Of a DNA stretch of 63,157 bases, positions 34,167-44,020 are shown one piece after another. The number at the start of each line of letters is the position of its first letter. Positions within the stretch are counted from its first letter, which is position 1. Origin of the DNA: Candidatus Eiseniibacteriota bacterium. Its GTDB lineage: Bacteria; Joyebacterota; Joyebacteria; Joyebacterales; Joyebacteraceae. The translations under genes and the position numbers were made by a program. A model generated the notes under the pieces. That model had not been told where the DNA came from. It saw nothing but the letters and a program-made list of their open reading frames with translations, and ran no database searches. The stretch is taken from the NCBI GenBank assembly GCA_030609365.1, contig JAUWCJ010000003.1:1-63157 (forward strand). Reading direction: 5' to 3'.

Positions 34167-35756
34167 TTAGTAGTAGATCCTCACGAACGCCTTGAACACC
34201 GGCTGCGTGATCGAGTTCGAGCCGTGTGTTGCGAAGTCGTCATCGTTCACCAAGTCGTTGCTGTGATCCGGGTTGCCGAACTCTACGAAGAACTCGGCGC
34301 TCTGCCACCCCAGGTATCTGAGCTGCGCGAACGCGGTCTGCCTGGACTCGGTGGCCTCGTCGATGTTCATCACTCGCGCGTAGAACTTCCAGACATCGCT
34401 CAGGTTGACGTTGGCCTCGAAGCCATACGCGGTCACCTCGTAGTCCGTGCTGATGTCCTTGACGCGGAACTGCGTGCGAAGCTTGACCAGCCGGTTCTCG
34501 CCGGTCAGCTCGAAGAAGAGGTTCGGCCAGGTGCCGCTCTTGTTCTGGTAGACCCTGTACTCCGTCTTGCTCGTGAATCCGTTGAGGAACTCTATGTAGG
34601 CCTCGCTGCCCCACTCGTCGATGGTGCCCGTCGACTTGGCGTAACTGGTGGACACGGAACTCCGGGGCTCGGCGTGTTTGACCCAGCCCTTGAGATTGAC
34701 GGCCTTGGCGGGGACGCGGTAGTGACCCTCAGCGTAGTACTGCGTGTAGTCGTTGAGGTTCTGCTGGTCGCCGTGCGCCAGACCCTGATTGTAGAAGTCC
34801 TTCCCGTACGCCTCCCAGGAACCCATGAAGCTCAAGGGCCCCACGCGGACATCCCTGAGCTCCGTCTTGAAACCGTTGACGCCCGGATCCTCGACGGTCC
34901 ACAGGTGCCCGGACAGCGTCCGGCCGTACTCGGAGACCCACGTGACACGTCCGAAACGCGTCAGCGCGGGCACGATATCGCCCAGGGCCATCTCGATATC
35001 GAAAGCGATGCTCTCGTCGAAGAAACTACGGTCGCCCCAGTAGGGCGAGTCGAAGTCCTCGTAGTCCTTCCGCGCGTAGGTCGTCCCAACGTGCAGCTGA
35101 TCGGAGAGCAGCGCTCTGTTGACCCTGAAGCCGCGATAGTCGGACGTGCTGCTCGTGATCGTGTCGCCCTCCGCCGAACCCGGATAGTGCTCCTCGCCTG
35201 TGGGAATGTCCGCCCAGTCCCTGAACTTGTAGTCGCTCCTCTCGCTCAGGAAGGCCGCGCCCGAGAACCCGTAGAGGTCCCAGAAATCGAGCCTGATCCC
35301 CTGCGCTCTGGGCCCCCAGTCGTCGTGCTTCACCTGGTCCGAGTGCACGATCTGCAGCAGCGGCTCGTTTAGCCAGAACCTGTCCTGCCCCGCGAAGAGG
35401 TGCGTCTCGAACTTGCTCGCATGGAACCGGACGTGCGCCTCTTGGAAGAAGAACTTCGTCTCTTTGACCTTATCCTCGTCCCGATCCACCCATCTGTCCG
35501 ATTCCCCCACGACCTTCAGGAAGCTGTCGATGTCCCGCCACGGGCTCGACTTGAGACGAAACTCGACAAAGAGCTCCGGATTGCCGAGCTCCCAGCTCGG
35601 GTCTCCACCGCCGCTGTTCTGAAGCTCGGCCATGAACGAGGAGTAGCCCTCCAGGGTCGTCACACCTGAGGCGGGAGCGACCCACGACGCGAGCATCAGG
35701 CCCGCGAGCAGGAGGACCGAGAGGTGGCGGCTTCGTTTTCTCTTGGTTCGAACCAA
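34167..35756 (-). CDS. Outer-membrane beta-barrel (porin-like) protein of unknown family.
   Basis: Signal peptide ..LLLAGLMLASWVAPASG. The body is aromatic/Asp/Gly-rich with an alternating pattern throughout and ends ..FKAFVRIYY (aromatic C-terminus). Confidence 0.55.
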   Translation of the reverse strand: MVRTKRKRSRHLSVLLLAGLMLASWVAPASGVTTLEGYSSFMAELQNSGGGDPSWELGNPELFVEFRLKSSPWRDIDSFLKVVGESDRWVDRDEDKVKETKFFFQEAHVRFHASKFETHLFAGQDRFWLNEPLLQIVHSDQVKHDDWGPRAQGIRLDFWDLYGFSGAAFLSERSDYKFRDWADIPTGEEHYPGSAEGDTITSSTSDYRGFRVNRALLSDQLHVGTTYARKDYEDFDSPYWGDRSFFDESIAFDIEMALGDIVPALTRFGRVTWVSEYGRTLSGHLWTVEDPGVNGFKTELRDVRVGPLSFMGSWEAYGKDFYNQGLAHGDQQNLNDYTQYYAEGHYRVPAKAVNLKGWVKHAEPRSSVSTSYAKSTGTIDEWGSEAYIEFLNGFTSKTEYRVYQNKSGTWPNLFFELTGENRLVKLRTQFRVKDISTDYEVTAYGFEANVNLSDVWKFYARVMNIDEATESRQTAFAQLRYLGWQSAEFFVEFGNPDHSNDLVNDDDFATHGSNSITQPVFKAFVRIYY

Positions 35757-35836
35757 CGGAAGCTCCTTCGGAATCTGTAACGCCGGTCAGTGCGCGGCAG
35801 CGGCGCCCCTCGCGGGACCCCCCTGCCACAATCCTT

Positions 35837-36715
35837 CTACCACAGGAAGATCGCCGACAGCCTGTAGAGGCTCCCGATCCTCCGCTCCGACAGCAGGGCG
35901 ACGTCTATCTGAACGTGCTTCGTCCTCATGCCCAGCCCCGCGGTGATCCTGTCGCGGTTCATGCCCGCTCGCAGTGCGAAGGCGTCGTAGAACCAGACCT
36001 CGCTCCCAAAGTTGATGACGTACTGGTCCTCGTAGTACTCGGGGACCTCCCTCGGCGCGCGCCACTCCACCGTCATCAACATGACGTCGCGGAACAGGTA
36101 CGTCCCGCCGAGGCGAAGCTCGCTCACTATCGGGTCGAGGTCCTCATCCGCGGTCGTCTCAATCAGCTGCAGCTCGGGCTCTCCGAGATTTCTGACCGTG
36201 GCGCCGACGCTCCACTTCCCGCGCCGATAGAGCGCGCCCAGGTCCGCGGCGTAGGCGTCGTCGCCACCGGTGTACGCCGGGTCGTTGTAGTACTCGTATC
36301 CAGGCGCCTCTACCGAGAAGCGCTTCAGAGTGACGCCCGCAGCCAGACCGTCGATCGGCGTGTCGGCCCCGTAGCCCGCCAGGAGCGTGTTCTCGCTGTA
36401 GAGGTCCGCCGCTCCCGTCCTCATCCACCCCAGCCCGTACCCCATACTTCCCGTTCCGTACGACGTCAGAACCGCGTCCTCCGACAGACCGTCGACGCTG
36501 TAGACGCTGGTCCGCATGCCGAAGACCTGAACTCCAGGCAGTCCTGCCAGCCCCGCCGGATTCCAGTGGAGCGCAGTGACATCGTCCGCGACGGCCACGA
36601 AGGCGCCGCCCATGCCCATCGCTCTCGCACCCAGCTCTGTCTCGAGGAAGTTCGCCTGAGCCGCCCCGGCGAGAAGAAGGAGTGCGATGACCGTGCTTGC
36701 CGTGATTCTCAACAT
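35837..36715 (-). CDS. PorP/SprF- or PorQ/PorV-like T9SS-associated outer-membrane barrel.
   Basis: ORF trimmed to the ATG at 36715, 13 nt after the stop of the 1797-aa gene. Signal peptide MLRITASTVIALLLLAGAAQA|N. GARAMGMGGAFVAVADDVTALHWNPAGLAGL is the motif recalled for this barrel family. The protein ends ..YRLSAIFLW. Confidence 0.55.
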   Translation of the reverse strand: MLRITASTVIALLLLAGAAQANFLETELGARAMGMGGAFVAVADDVTALHWNPAGLAGLPGVQVFGMRTSVYSVDGLSEDAVLTSYGTGSMGYGLGWMRTGAADLYSENTLLAGYGADTPIDGLAAGVTLKRFSVEAPGYEYYNDPAYTGGDDAYAADLGALYRRGKWSVGATVRNLGEPELQLIETTADEDLDPIVSELRLGGTYLFRDVMLMTVEWRAPREVPEYYEDQYVINFGSEVWFYDAFALRAGMNRDRITAGLGMRTKHVQIDVALLSERRIGSLYRLSAIFLW

Positions 36716-36728
36716 AGACAGGTCCTTG

Positions 36729-39700
36729 CTACTTGATGATAACGACGGGTCGGTTGACTCGCTCGAACGTCGGTTCGGTCTTGAACCTCGCCTCAACACG
36801 CATCACGTATATGCCGTATGGCACGACGTTGCCTTCCACGTCCGTTCCGTCCCAAGTCATGGTGTGCTGGGATCGTCCCGTGTAGTCGGTCGGTCCCTTG
36901 AACACGAGCCTGCGGGCCAGCCGGCCCTCGAGGTCGTAGAACTCTATGTTGACGTAGTCGGCCTCGCGGCCGAGGTAGAACGTGATAATGGTCTCATCGT
37001 ACAACCCGTCACCATTGGGCGAGAACGGATTCGGCTCGGTCAGCACGCCCGACAGTCCTCTCGCCGAACCCACGTCCAGCGTCTCCCAGTAGAAGACGCC
37101 GTAGGTGCCGAAGTCGAGTATCTCCCCGGTCACGGTGTTGCCGGAAGGATTGCCTGCGCCGCCCTTGAGAACCCACCGATCCGTCGCCGGAATCCACTCG
37201 AACAGGCCGAAGTCCTCCTCGTCGAGCCCGCCCGTCTCGTATTCCGGGTAGTGCAGTGTCAGGCTCGGCTTCCCGACGAGCGACACGGTCGTCGTGTCCG
37301 CGTACTGCGCCGTCAGATCTCTGGCTACGCCGATGAACTCCATGTCGTCACGGATGTTCGATACGTCCACCAGGCTCTCAGGTATGGGAGTGACGGTGAA
37401 CTCTATGTCGCCGCCCGCGCCCGGCAGGTCGCCGCCATTCACCGTCAGCACGCTTCCATCCTGGAAGACGAGGTAGCGCTCCTCGTCCCTATGCAGTGTG
37501 TCGGGCAACGAGAGCGTCTGCGAGCCCGCCCAGGGCTCCAGCACGCCGAACGTCACTGGTGCCGCAGCTATAGCGTTCGCGCGGTTGGATGAATCGACCG
37601 CGTAGACGTGCGCCTCGAGGATGCGCCCGTCGCCGACCTTGTTGAGCGCGACGACGTTCGTGTTGGCAGTGATGTCCTCACGCGGGATGTCCGCGGCCCA
37701 GATGTCACCAGTCAGGTTGACCATGTCAACCGAGTCCCGCAAGGCCGGAAGTCCCACTGGCTGCCAGCGCAGGCGCGCGGTCTTAATGCCGGTGACGTCG
37801 GTGATGGTCGTCCACATCACGGCCGGCGCGCCGTCCAGAGCCACCCACGGGATGTGCTGCAGCTCGGGATCGCTCGCGAAGTCGTGGATAACCGGCGGCG
37901 CAGTGTCGACGGCGAAGCTGGCTTCGAGCACGCACGCTATCTGGTTGTTATCGAACCTGGCCTCCGCCTCCGTGGTTGTGTAGTCGAGCATCTCCTCCTG
38001 GGTTCGCCCATCCTGGTGTCCTTCGCCTGGCGAGGTCGCGACGTCGATGATGTTGGGGTCCCTGTCCCTCCCCCCTTCGCCGTCCAGACCTCCGCCGATC
38101 TGCCACTCGCTGGTGATGCCGTTGACCCAGCGGATCCCCCCAAGGTTCTGGTCGTTGGTCTCGCCGTCGTGCGACGACAGACAGACGATGATGTCCCACA
38201 ATAGAATGTCGTCGTTGTCGTCCGTGTTGTCGGGGTCCAGCCCGAGCAGCTCGCGGTTGACGCTGACGTCGATGTAGTTCTCAACGTGGTCGTCACACAT
38301 TGAGATGTCGCTGTCGTTCTTGTAGAGGTCCCAGCTCGCCGTGGAATTCGAGTTGTTCGAGACCACGAACCACTTGCCCCAGCCCTCGGCAGAGATGCCG
38401 TAGTCCCAGGCGTCGACGGTTGCGATGTCGACGTACCTGTTCGGGAAACCGCTGGTCGCGCCCTCACCTTCATGCGCGTCTATATAGATGTCGAGCTTCT
38501 GCAGGTTGAGGTCGGTCCGATTGGGGTTGTCGCACGTCTGCTGGCTCGGCTGAGGCGCGCCCCAGTCCGCGGCCGACGGGTCCTGGTGATAGACCAGGTC
38601 GCGAATGTGCGTGCGGAAGACGATGCGGTCACCGTCCGCGAATATTTCCACCTCGGTGATGTCGAACGACCCCGGAAGGAACACGAGATTCGTCGGGTAC
38701 TTGTAGTAGAGACCCTCGATCTGTTCGCCGGGATTATCGGAGCCTCCGTTCGGCCCGTGGTCGTCGCCTTCGGGATCATCGAACTGACGGATGGCAGTCG
38801 CTGGGTTCTCCACGTTAATGGTGATGCCCAGCGTCGCGGAGGTCTCGTTGGTGGCGTCGCTTGCCGTCACGGTCACGGTGTGTTCTCCGTCCGACGCCGA
38901 GGCCGTCAGCTCGTCCTCGGCCGTGTAGGTGCCGTCGCGGGCGTACTCGTCCGCGCGGGCGCCGTCGTCCGTCATCCGCACGAACCTGTCGCCGCCAATG
39001 TCCAACAGATTGAGGAACACATCGCCTATGCCGCCGCCCGTGTCTGTGACCTGGACCTCGTATACAACCAGGTCTCCCGGCTGCGCTGGGGTGCCGGACG
39101 GTTGTCCAGTGGGGTGTGCGTCTCCATCAGACAGCACGGGCGCAAACCCCTCCTCACGAAGGACGTAGGTCCCGTAGTTCGCGAGGGTGACAGGCGTCGC
39201 CGCCGTCTCCCACCAATCGCCCGTCTCGGGCAGCATGTCGTGAGTCGCGTCATGAGGGCAGGAGTCCAGAGCGGCGCGTTTCTCGCCGTCGGTCTCCTGT
39301 GTGAGATAGGCTTGAACACGTACGGTGTCTCCGATGGCCGCCTCGATCGCGGAGAACGGCAACCGGAACGAGACCTTCCCGGCCTCCTTCACTACGTAGC
39401 CCTGTTCGACGGCGTTCACGCCCTCGATCCAGCCGATTCTCCAGTCCTCTACCACGAAGTCGTAGTGCTCCCACTCGGTCCCCAGGTTCCGCCTGAGATC
39501 GCCGTAGTCCTCCGCCGCATACTTGTATGTGAAGGCATAGTCGGGCCTGAGAGCATGACCGTAGTCGACGGGAAATTCGAAGGGGTCGGCCGCCCCACCG
39601 ACTGCGTCCCCGTGGGTCTCGATAAGAAGCACAAGGTGCACGCCATCCCAATTCGAATCGAAGTCCAGCCACACAACCAACTCGTCGCCGTCGTTCGCGG

Positions 39701-42122
39701 CGTGCAGGAGTGTCAGGTCGACTCCCGGGTCACTGTTGTGGTCGGGGTCGCTCTCCGGAGCGACCTCGTCCATCGAGGCGATCGTGGCCTCGATCGGCAC
39801 GTAGAAGGTCTCGACCTCCATGCCGCCCGCGATTCCCGTGATCTCGACGATGCCGTACTCGCTCCCGGCAACGATCTCCCCGGTTGCCTGGCCGAATGCG
39901 TCCGTCACGATGGGCGACTCGATCGACGCCAGAAGCGAAGCCGGCGAGGCGGAAAGCGCTATCGAGAGGTCGTCAAGCGCGACGTCGTTGCCCCAAGCGT
40001 CGACGACCTGTGCCGTGACCGTGACCAGGCCACCGGTGCTGAGCGCGCGTGGCGCAGGTTCCATCTCGACAAAGGCGGCGTCGCCGGGGGTGATGACGAT
40101 GGTCAGTGTGTCGACCGCGAGGTAAGGGAATGACGATTCCGGATCGATGGCCGCACTCACGTAGGCGGTGCCCGCGACCGTTCCGGAGAACCCGGGGTCC
40201 CCTGGGTCGTCCACGAACTTCCCGTCCGCGCCAGTCTCCGGCGAGGGCACGGTGAATTCTCCTCCCACGCCCCACGCGGTCATGTTGGCGATGACGCCCG
40301 ATATCTCCGCAGTGTCGCCGCTCGCGTAGAACAACTGCCCCGAGATGCGCGCGGTTTCCGCGCCCGCGGCGATGATCGTGATGTCGGGCCAGAGCGCCAG
40401 CAGAACCGGAGCGAGCGGGTCGACGCCCACATCGAACACGCCCTCGAGCGTGTCGCGGAGCGCGGCGTTCGTTGCGAAGACCCTCGCGACCTCGACCGCG
40501 TCATCCGCCGTCAGGAACGGCGCCCTGCCGTCCACGAACATTTCGGCGGTCAGGGTGGCGTCTGCGAGGGGTTCCTCGTCGGGATCCGCGAAGAGGACCG
40601 TGCCGGACGTCGGGTACGCGGGGTCCAGCTTCGTCGCACTGAGCACAACACCGCCCTGCGCCTCGTAGTCCCAGTAGGCCACGCGGTCGCCGCCGTCGCG
40701 CGGCTCCACCCACGCGCGCGCGTAGTAGTAGATCGCAGGGTCCGAATCCGGCAGGCTGACCATCGTCCCGGCACCGTAGATGTTGTTCCCAAGAGAGTCG
40801 GAGAATCCGTACTTCGTGGCCATCACGGCCGGAAGGGTGAGAAGACCGACGTTGGTCGTGTCGCCGTCTGCGATCGTGATCATGCTGTCGGCCTCGACGT
40901 AGCCCTTCCCCTCGGCCACCAGGAGCCAGTCACCGTCGAAGACCATCCCTATGGAGAAAGCGCCCGTTCCATCTTCGATGAGGACCTCGCCGTCACCGCC
41001 GACCTCGCCCGTCACAGCGTCGTAGACACCCACGGTGACATCGACGTCCGGCCCACCGCTGATGGCAACCTCGCCCTCGATGCGGCCGGTGACCCTGGTA
41101 AGCGCGAAGTCGATCCCCGGGGTCTCGCCGGTGTTGGCGACCACAACGCCCTCGATCGTTACCGGCAGGTATGAGAAGGCGTCACTCGTTACGTCGTAGA
41201 TTCCGTCCGCAAGACGCTCTATCTCGTATTCGCCTCCGCCGGCCGGCGTCTTGTCGCTCCAGATAACCTCTCCGCCCTGATAGGCCGTCATCGTAACGAC
41301 TGTATCCAGGTCGGTTGTGTCGCCCAGCGCCACGGTACCGGAGATGCTCCCTCCCGGCGGGTAGTTGGTGTCGGGCACGCCGTCCGCGTCGGCGTCCACC
41401 GGAAACTCCACGTAGAGGTCGAGATTCGTATAGGCGTCCCACGGGGTCGACGAGTTCGACTCGGCACCGGTGCTCGATGTCGGAAGCGCGTCGTACGCAC
41501 CCGAGCCGGGGCCGCCCGTGACCGCGCATATGACCCTGACGGTCGTGCCAGGCGGTACGGCGGCGCGGCCGAGTCCGTAGATCCCATTCCAGTCGATCCC
41601 GAACTCTATGTGCTGGAAACCCGGGTTGATCTGCGTGTAGGTCTCATCGACGACAGTCATGCTGGTCGGGTCGCTGCAGTGCCAGATGCCGAAGTCCTCT
41701 ATTCCCATGTTGAGGTCCTTCACGCCCATCATCACGTCGGCGCCCATCGTACTGAACCTAATCTTGCGCGCGTTGAAGTCGGCCGAACCCATGTCTGTCG
41801 CGCCCGTGATGCCGTTCTGGGCATCCGTGTCGATGAAGACCAGATACCAGTTCCCGTAACCGCTCGGCCCGTTCGTGGTCTTCACACCCACGTAGAGGCT
41901 GTCCGCGTCCCACGTCACGTAAAGATCCACCAGATCGCCGTCCCAGGGGGAGTAGCGGTTGTCGTTGTTGGGGTCCCGCCACGCCAGCTCGTCGCTCTTC
42001 CAGTCGCCGAGCTCGGTGGTCACGCGCCCGTCGATCGTCGGCGTGTTGTAGCTGTTCGACAGGGCGGATGCGGCCACCAGCAGCACAAGAACGGCGACGG
42101 CAGCAGCAGCGTATCTTCGCAT
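36729..42122 (-). CDS. Giant (1797-aa) secreted multidomain surface protein: CBM9/DOMON-like N-terminus, carboxypeptidase-regulatory-like and Ig-like repeats, Glucodextran_C-like module, T9SS type-B/FlgD-Ig-like C-terminal domain.
   Basis: ORF 36729..42170 trimmed to the ATG at 42122 (MRRYAAAAVAVLVLLVAASA signal peptide). N-terminus: TPTIDGRVTTELGDWKSDE..DLYVTWDADSLYVGV. Repeats: GSISGTVALGD and GRIEGEVAISGG. Glucodextran_C-like: DDPEGDDHGPNGG..YYKYPT. C-terminal domain: NPFSPNGDGLYDETIITF..IEFYDLEGRLARRL..TWDGTDVEGNVVPYGIYVMRVEA..PVVIIK. Confidence 0.75.
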   Translation of the reverse strand: MRRYAAAAVAVLVLLVAASALSNSYNTPTIDGRVTTELGDWKSDELAWRDPNNDNRYSPWDGDLVDLYVTWDADSLYVGVKTTNGPSGYGNWYLVFIDTDAQNGITGATDMGSADFNARKIRFSTMGADVMMGVKDLNMGIEDFGIWHCSDPTSMTVVDETYTQINPGFQHIEFGIDWNGIYGLGRAAVPPGTTVRVICAVTGGPGSGAYDALPTSSTGAESNSSTPWDAYTNLDLYVEFPVDADADGVPDTNYPPGGSISGTVALGDTTDLDTVVTMTAYQGGEVIWSDKTPAGGGEYEIERLADGIYDVTSDAFSYLPVTIEGVVVANTGETPGIDFALTRVTGRIEGEVAISGGPDVDVTVGVYDAVTGEVGGDGEVLIEDGTGAFSIGMVFDGDWLLVAEGKGYVEADSMITIADGDTTNVGLLTLPAVMATKYGFSDSLGNNIYGAGTMVSLPDSDPAIYYYARAWVEPRDGGDRVAYWDYEAQGGVVLSATKLDPAYPTSGTVLFADPDEEPLADATLTAEMFVDGRAPFLTADDAVEVARVFATNAALRDTLEGVFDVGVDPLAPVLLALWPDITIIAAGAETARISGQLFYASGDTAEISGVIANMTAWGVGGEFTVPSPETGADGKFVDDPGDPGFSGTVAGTAYVSAAIDPESSFPYLAVDTLTIVITPGDAAFVEMEPAPRALSTGGLVTVTAQVVDAWGNDVALDDLSIALSASPASLLASIESPIVTDAFGQATGEIVAGSEYGIVEITGIAGGMEVETFYVPIEATIASMDEVAPESDPDHNSDPGVDLTLLHAANDGDELVVWLDFDSNWDGVHLVLLIETHGDAVGGAADPFEFPVDYGHALRPDYAFTYKYAAEDYGDLRRNLGTEWEHYDFVVEDWRIGWIEGVNAVEQGYVVKEAGKVSFRLPFSAIEAAIGDTVRVQAYLTQETDGEKRAALDSCPHDATHDMLPETGDWWETAATPVTLANYGTYVLREEGFAPVLSDGDAHPTGQPSGTPAQPGDLVVYEVQVTDTGGGIGDVFLNLLDIGGDRFVRMTDDGARADEYARDGTYTAEDELTASASDGEHTVTVTASDATNETSATLGITINVENPATAIRQFDDPEGDDHGPNGGSDNPGEQIEGLYYKYPTNLVFLPGSFDITEVEIFADGDRIVFRTHIRDLVYHQDPSAADWGAPQPSQQTCDNPNRTDLNLQKLDIYIDAHEGEGATSGFPNRYVDIATVDAWDYGISAEGWGKWFVVSNNSNSTASWDLYKNDSDISMCDDHVENYIDVSVNRELLGLDPDNTDDNDDILLWDIIVCLSSHDGETNDQNLGGIRWVNGITSEWQIGGGLDGEGGRDRDPNIIDVATSPGEGHQDGRTQEEMLDYTTTEAEARFDNNQIACVLEASFAVDTAPPVIHDFASDPELQHIPWVALDGAPAVMWTTITDVTGIKTARLRWQPVGLPALRDSVDMVNLTGDIWAADIPREDITANTNVVALNKVGDGRILEAHVYAVDSSNRANAIAAAPVTFGVLEPWAGSQTLSLPDTLHRDEERYLVFQDGSVLTVNGGDLPGAGGDIEFTVTPIPESLVDVSNIRDDMEFIGVARDLTAQYADTTTVSLVGKPSLTLHYPEYETGGLDEEDFGLFEWIPATDRWVLKGGAGNPSGNTVTGEILDFGTYGVFYWETLDVGSARGLSGVLTEPNPFSPNGDGLYDETIITFYLGREADYVNIEFYDLEGRLARRLVFKGPTDYTGRSQHTMTWDGTDVEGNVVPYGIYVMRVEARFKTEPTFERVNRPVVIIK

Positions 42123-42204
42123 GTCGATTTCCTTGGGAATGGTGTTCAGTGCCTGGGTACGGGAATCCACGGCCGGTTCTCCACATGACCGTGACGCATG
42201 CTAG

Positions 42205-42233
42205 AGGCTATCAGAGCGTGAGGGACCGGTCAA
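42205..42233 (-). promoter_or_regulatory. Possible promoter of the alpha-glucan mega-locus.
   Basis: Minus strand reads TTGACC (42233..42228), a 17-nt spacer, then TAGCCT (42210..42205). The -10 is weak, and the element overlaps the cobB stop codon. Confidence 0.3.
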
Positions 42234-43033
42234 GCGGGCGAGGTCTCGCTGACGGGGTTCGCGACCCCGCTGCCGTGGTTCCCCACGGCTTCCAGGACCC
42301 GGCGAGCGATCTCGGGCAGGAGGTCGCCGGCCTTCCCGAGCAAGGTGGCATCGACGAGAGCCGATATGGGCGTGTATGCGGTGTTTATCTCAACCACGAA
42401 GGCGCCGTTGTGCTTGGCAACCAGCGGCAACGACGCCGCCGGATGGACCACGGCCGACGTGCCGACGACCAGCATGGCGTCACAACGCGCCGCGATCTGG
42501 TGGGAGCGCTCGTACGCCTCCATCGGAAGCGGCTCCCCGTACCACACGACGTCCGGGCGGAGGAGCGCTCCGCATGTAGGGCAGTGCGGCGGCACTTCGG
42601 GCAGCGGGCTCTCCAGCAGCTCGCAGACCGTCTGCTCCAGCGTGCAGCGCGCTCTCCAGATGCTGCCGTGAAGCTCGACCGGGGCCGAGTTGCCGGCCCT
42701 GTCGTGAAATCCATCGGTGTTCTGAGTAATGAGAGAGAAGTGGGGGTAGCCCTTTTCCAGCTCGGCGATGGCCATGTGGGCCGGATTGGGCTCGGCGTCC
42801 GAGACGAGCTGACGCCTGTAGTCGTACCAACTCCAGACCAGCCCGGGGTCACTCTCGAACGCCCTCCACGTCGCGAGTTCCTCGGCCCGGTGCTGCTTCC
42901 ACAACCCTTCCTCGCCCCTGAACGTCGGGACGCCGCTCTCCTGAGACACTCCCGCGCCGGTGAGAACAGCCAGGTCCGTAGCCTTGCTCAGCCGCTCCAC
43001 CAACATCTTCGTCACGCCACTGGCGGGTTCCAT
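42230..43033 (-). CDS. cobB: NAD-dependent protein deacylase (Sir2/CobB family).
   Basis: ORF trimmed to MEPASGV.. (ATG at 43033). Motifs: LTGAGVSQESGVPTFRG, TQNTDGFHDRAGN, ELHGSIWRARC, and the Zn ribbon CPTCGALLRPDVVWYGE. Confidence 0.85.
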   Translation of the reverse strand: MEPASGVTKMLVERLSKATDLAVLTGAGVSQESGVPTFRGEEGLWKQHRAEELATWRAFESDPGLVWSWYDYRRQLVSDAEPNPAHMAIAELEKGYPHFSLITQNTDGFHDRAGNSAPVELHGSIWRARCTLEQTVCELLESPLPEVPPHCPTCGALLRPDVVWYGEPLPMEAYERSHQIAARCDAMLVVGTSAVVHPAASLPLVAKHNGAFVVEINTAYTPISALVDATLLGKAGDLLPEIARRVLEAVGNHGSGVANPVSETSPA

Positions 43034-43063
43034 TGCTTCCCCCCTTCCAGGGCAATCCAACCC

Positions 43064-44020
43064 TCAACTCGAGTCGGGCGCTTCCGGCCTCTCGACAGTC
43101 TCGGCGGCTATCGCCGCCTCCCGGGCCGCTCCCCGGGCAGCAGCCGCTTCCGCCCTGCCTCTGTCAGTTCCTCTGCCTCCCTGTCCGAGGCTCATCTTCC
43201 AGTAGACAGAGCCGTAACTCGTGCAGTTCATGCAGCGAATGCAGTCCACGCTGCCTATCTCCTCCGGCACCTTGAGCCCCATCGGACAGTCTTTCGAACA
43301 GTACATGCAGGAGGCGCAGTTCTTGACATCTGAGCCCTGGGCATAGGCGATGGCGCAGTCGTCGAGATGCGTGTCCATCTGAAGCAGGCTGAACTTGTTC
43401 GTCAGCCCCAGAAGAGCGCCCAGAGGACAGATGAAACGGCAGAACGGTCGCTTCATCATGCCCATCAAGAGCACCAGAGCAGCCAGTATGACGACCTTGA
43501 ACCCGAACACCCAGGTGAGGAAGTTCATCCCCTCCGCGCCGTCGGAGCCACGCGCCTGCCACAGCAGCCAGGGAAGACCACCCTCAAGCGTCCCCGCGGG
43601 ACATATCTTGCAGAACCAGGGCTCGTCGGTCCACCAGGCGATCAGCCCGCACACGACCACGAGCACGACGTACTTCATGTGCCTGAGCCAGTTCGGAGCG
43701 GAGAACTTCGGTAGCTTGAGCTTGTAGACGATATCCTGAAACCAGCCGAACGGGCAGAGCCATCCGCATGGGAACCGTCCGACGAAGACCCCGATGAGAC
43801 CCAGAATACCAAGCACGTAGAACGGGAACTGCCGGACGATGATGAAGTGCTGAAGCGCGCCTATCGGGCACGAGCCCCACGCGAGGGGGCAGGCATAGCA
43901 GTTGAGCACGGGGACGCAGACACCCTTGAGCGAACCCTGATAGAACGACGCCCTCGGGATGGAAACGAAGTAGGAGTTAGTGGAGAGGAGCGCGATGAAC
44001 TGGACGATCCGCCGTTTCAA
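43064..44020 (-). CDS. Membrane-bound polyferredoxin (NapH/MauN-like 4Fe-4S binding protein).
   Basis: Repeated CxxCP-type motifs in TM segments: CYACPLAWGSCPIG, CGWLCPFG, CKICPAG and CRFICPLG. C-terminal ferredoxin motifs: CASCMYCSKDCP and CIRCMNC. Confidence 0.7.
   Translation of the reverse strand: MKRRIVQFIALLSTNSYFVSIPRASFYQGSLKGVCVPVLNCYACPLAWGSCPIGALQHFIIVRQFPFYVLGILGLIGVFVGRFPCGWLCPFGWFQDIVYKLKLPKFSAPNWLRHMKYVVLVVVCGLIAWWTDEPWFCKICPAGTLEGGLPWLLWQARGSDGAEGMNFLTWVFGFKVVILAALVLLMGMMKRPFCRFICPLGALLGLTNKFSLLQMDTHLDDCAIAYAQGSDVKNCASCMYCSKDCPMGLKVPEEIGSVDCIRCMNCTSYGSVYWKMSLGQGGRGTDRGRAEAAAARGAAREAAIAAETVERPEAPDSS

Noticed and set aside
42230-43033. The Sir2-domain protein as a possible anti-phage defence effector (Thoeris/DSR-like).
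   Set aside because: It is a compact ~267-aa protein with all housekeeping CobB/sirtuin motifs (GAGxSxxSGIPxFRG, QNxDGxH, a Zn ribbon). It has no fused sensor or effector domains and no partner defence genes. Its neighbours are a polyferredoxin and ppdK.
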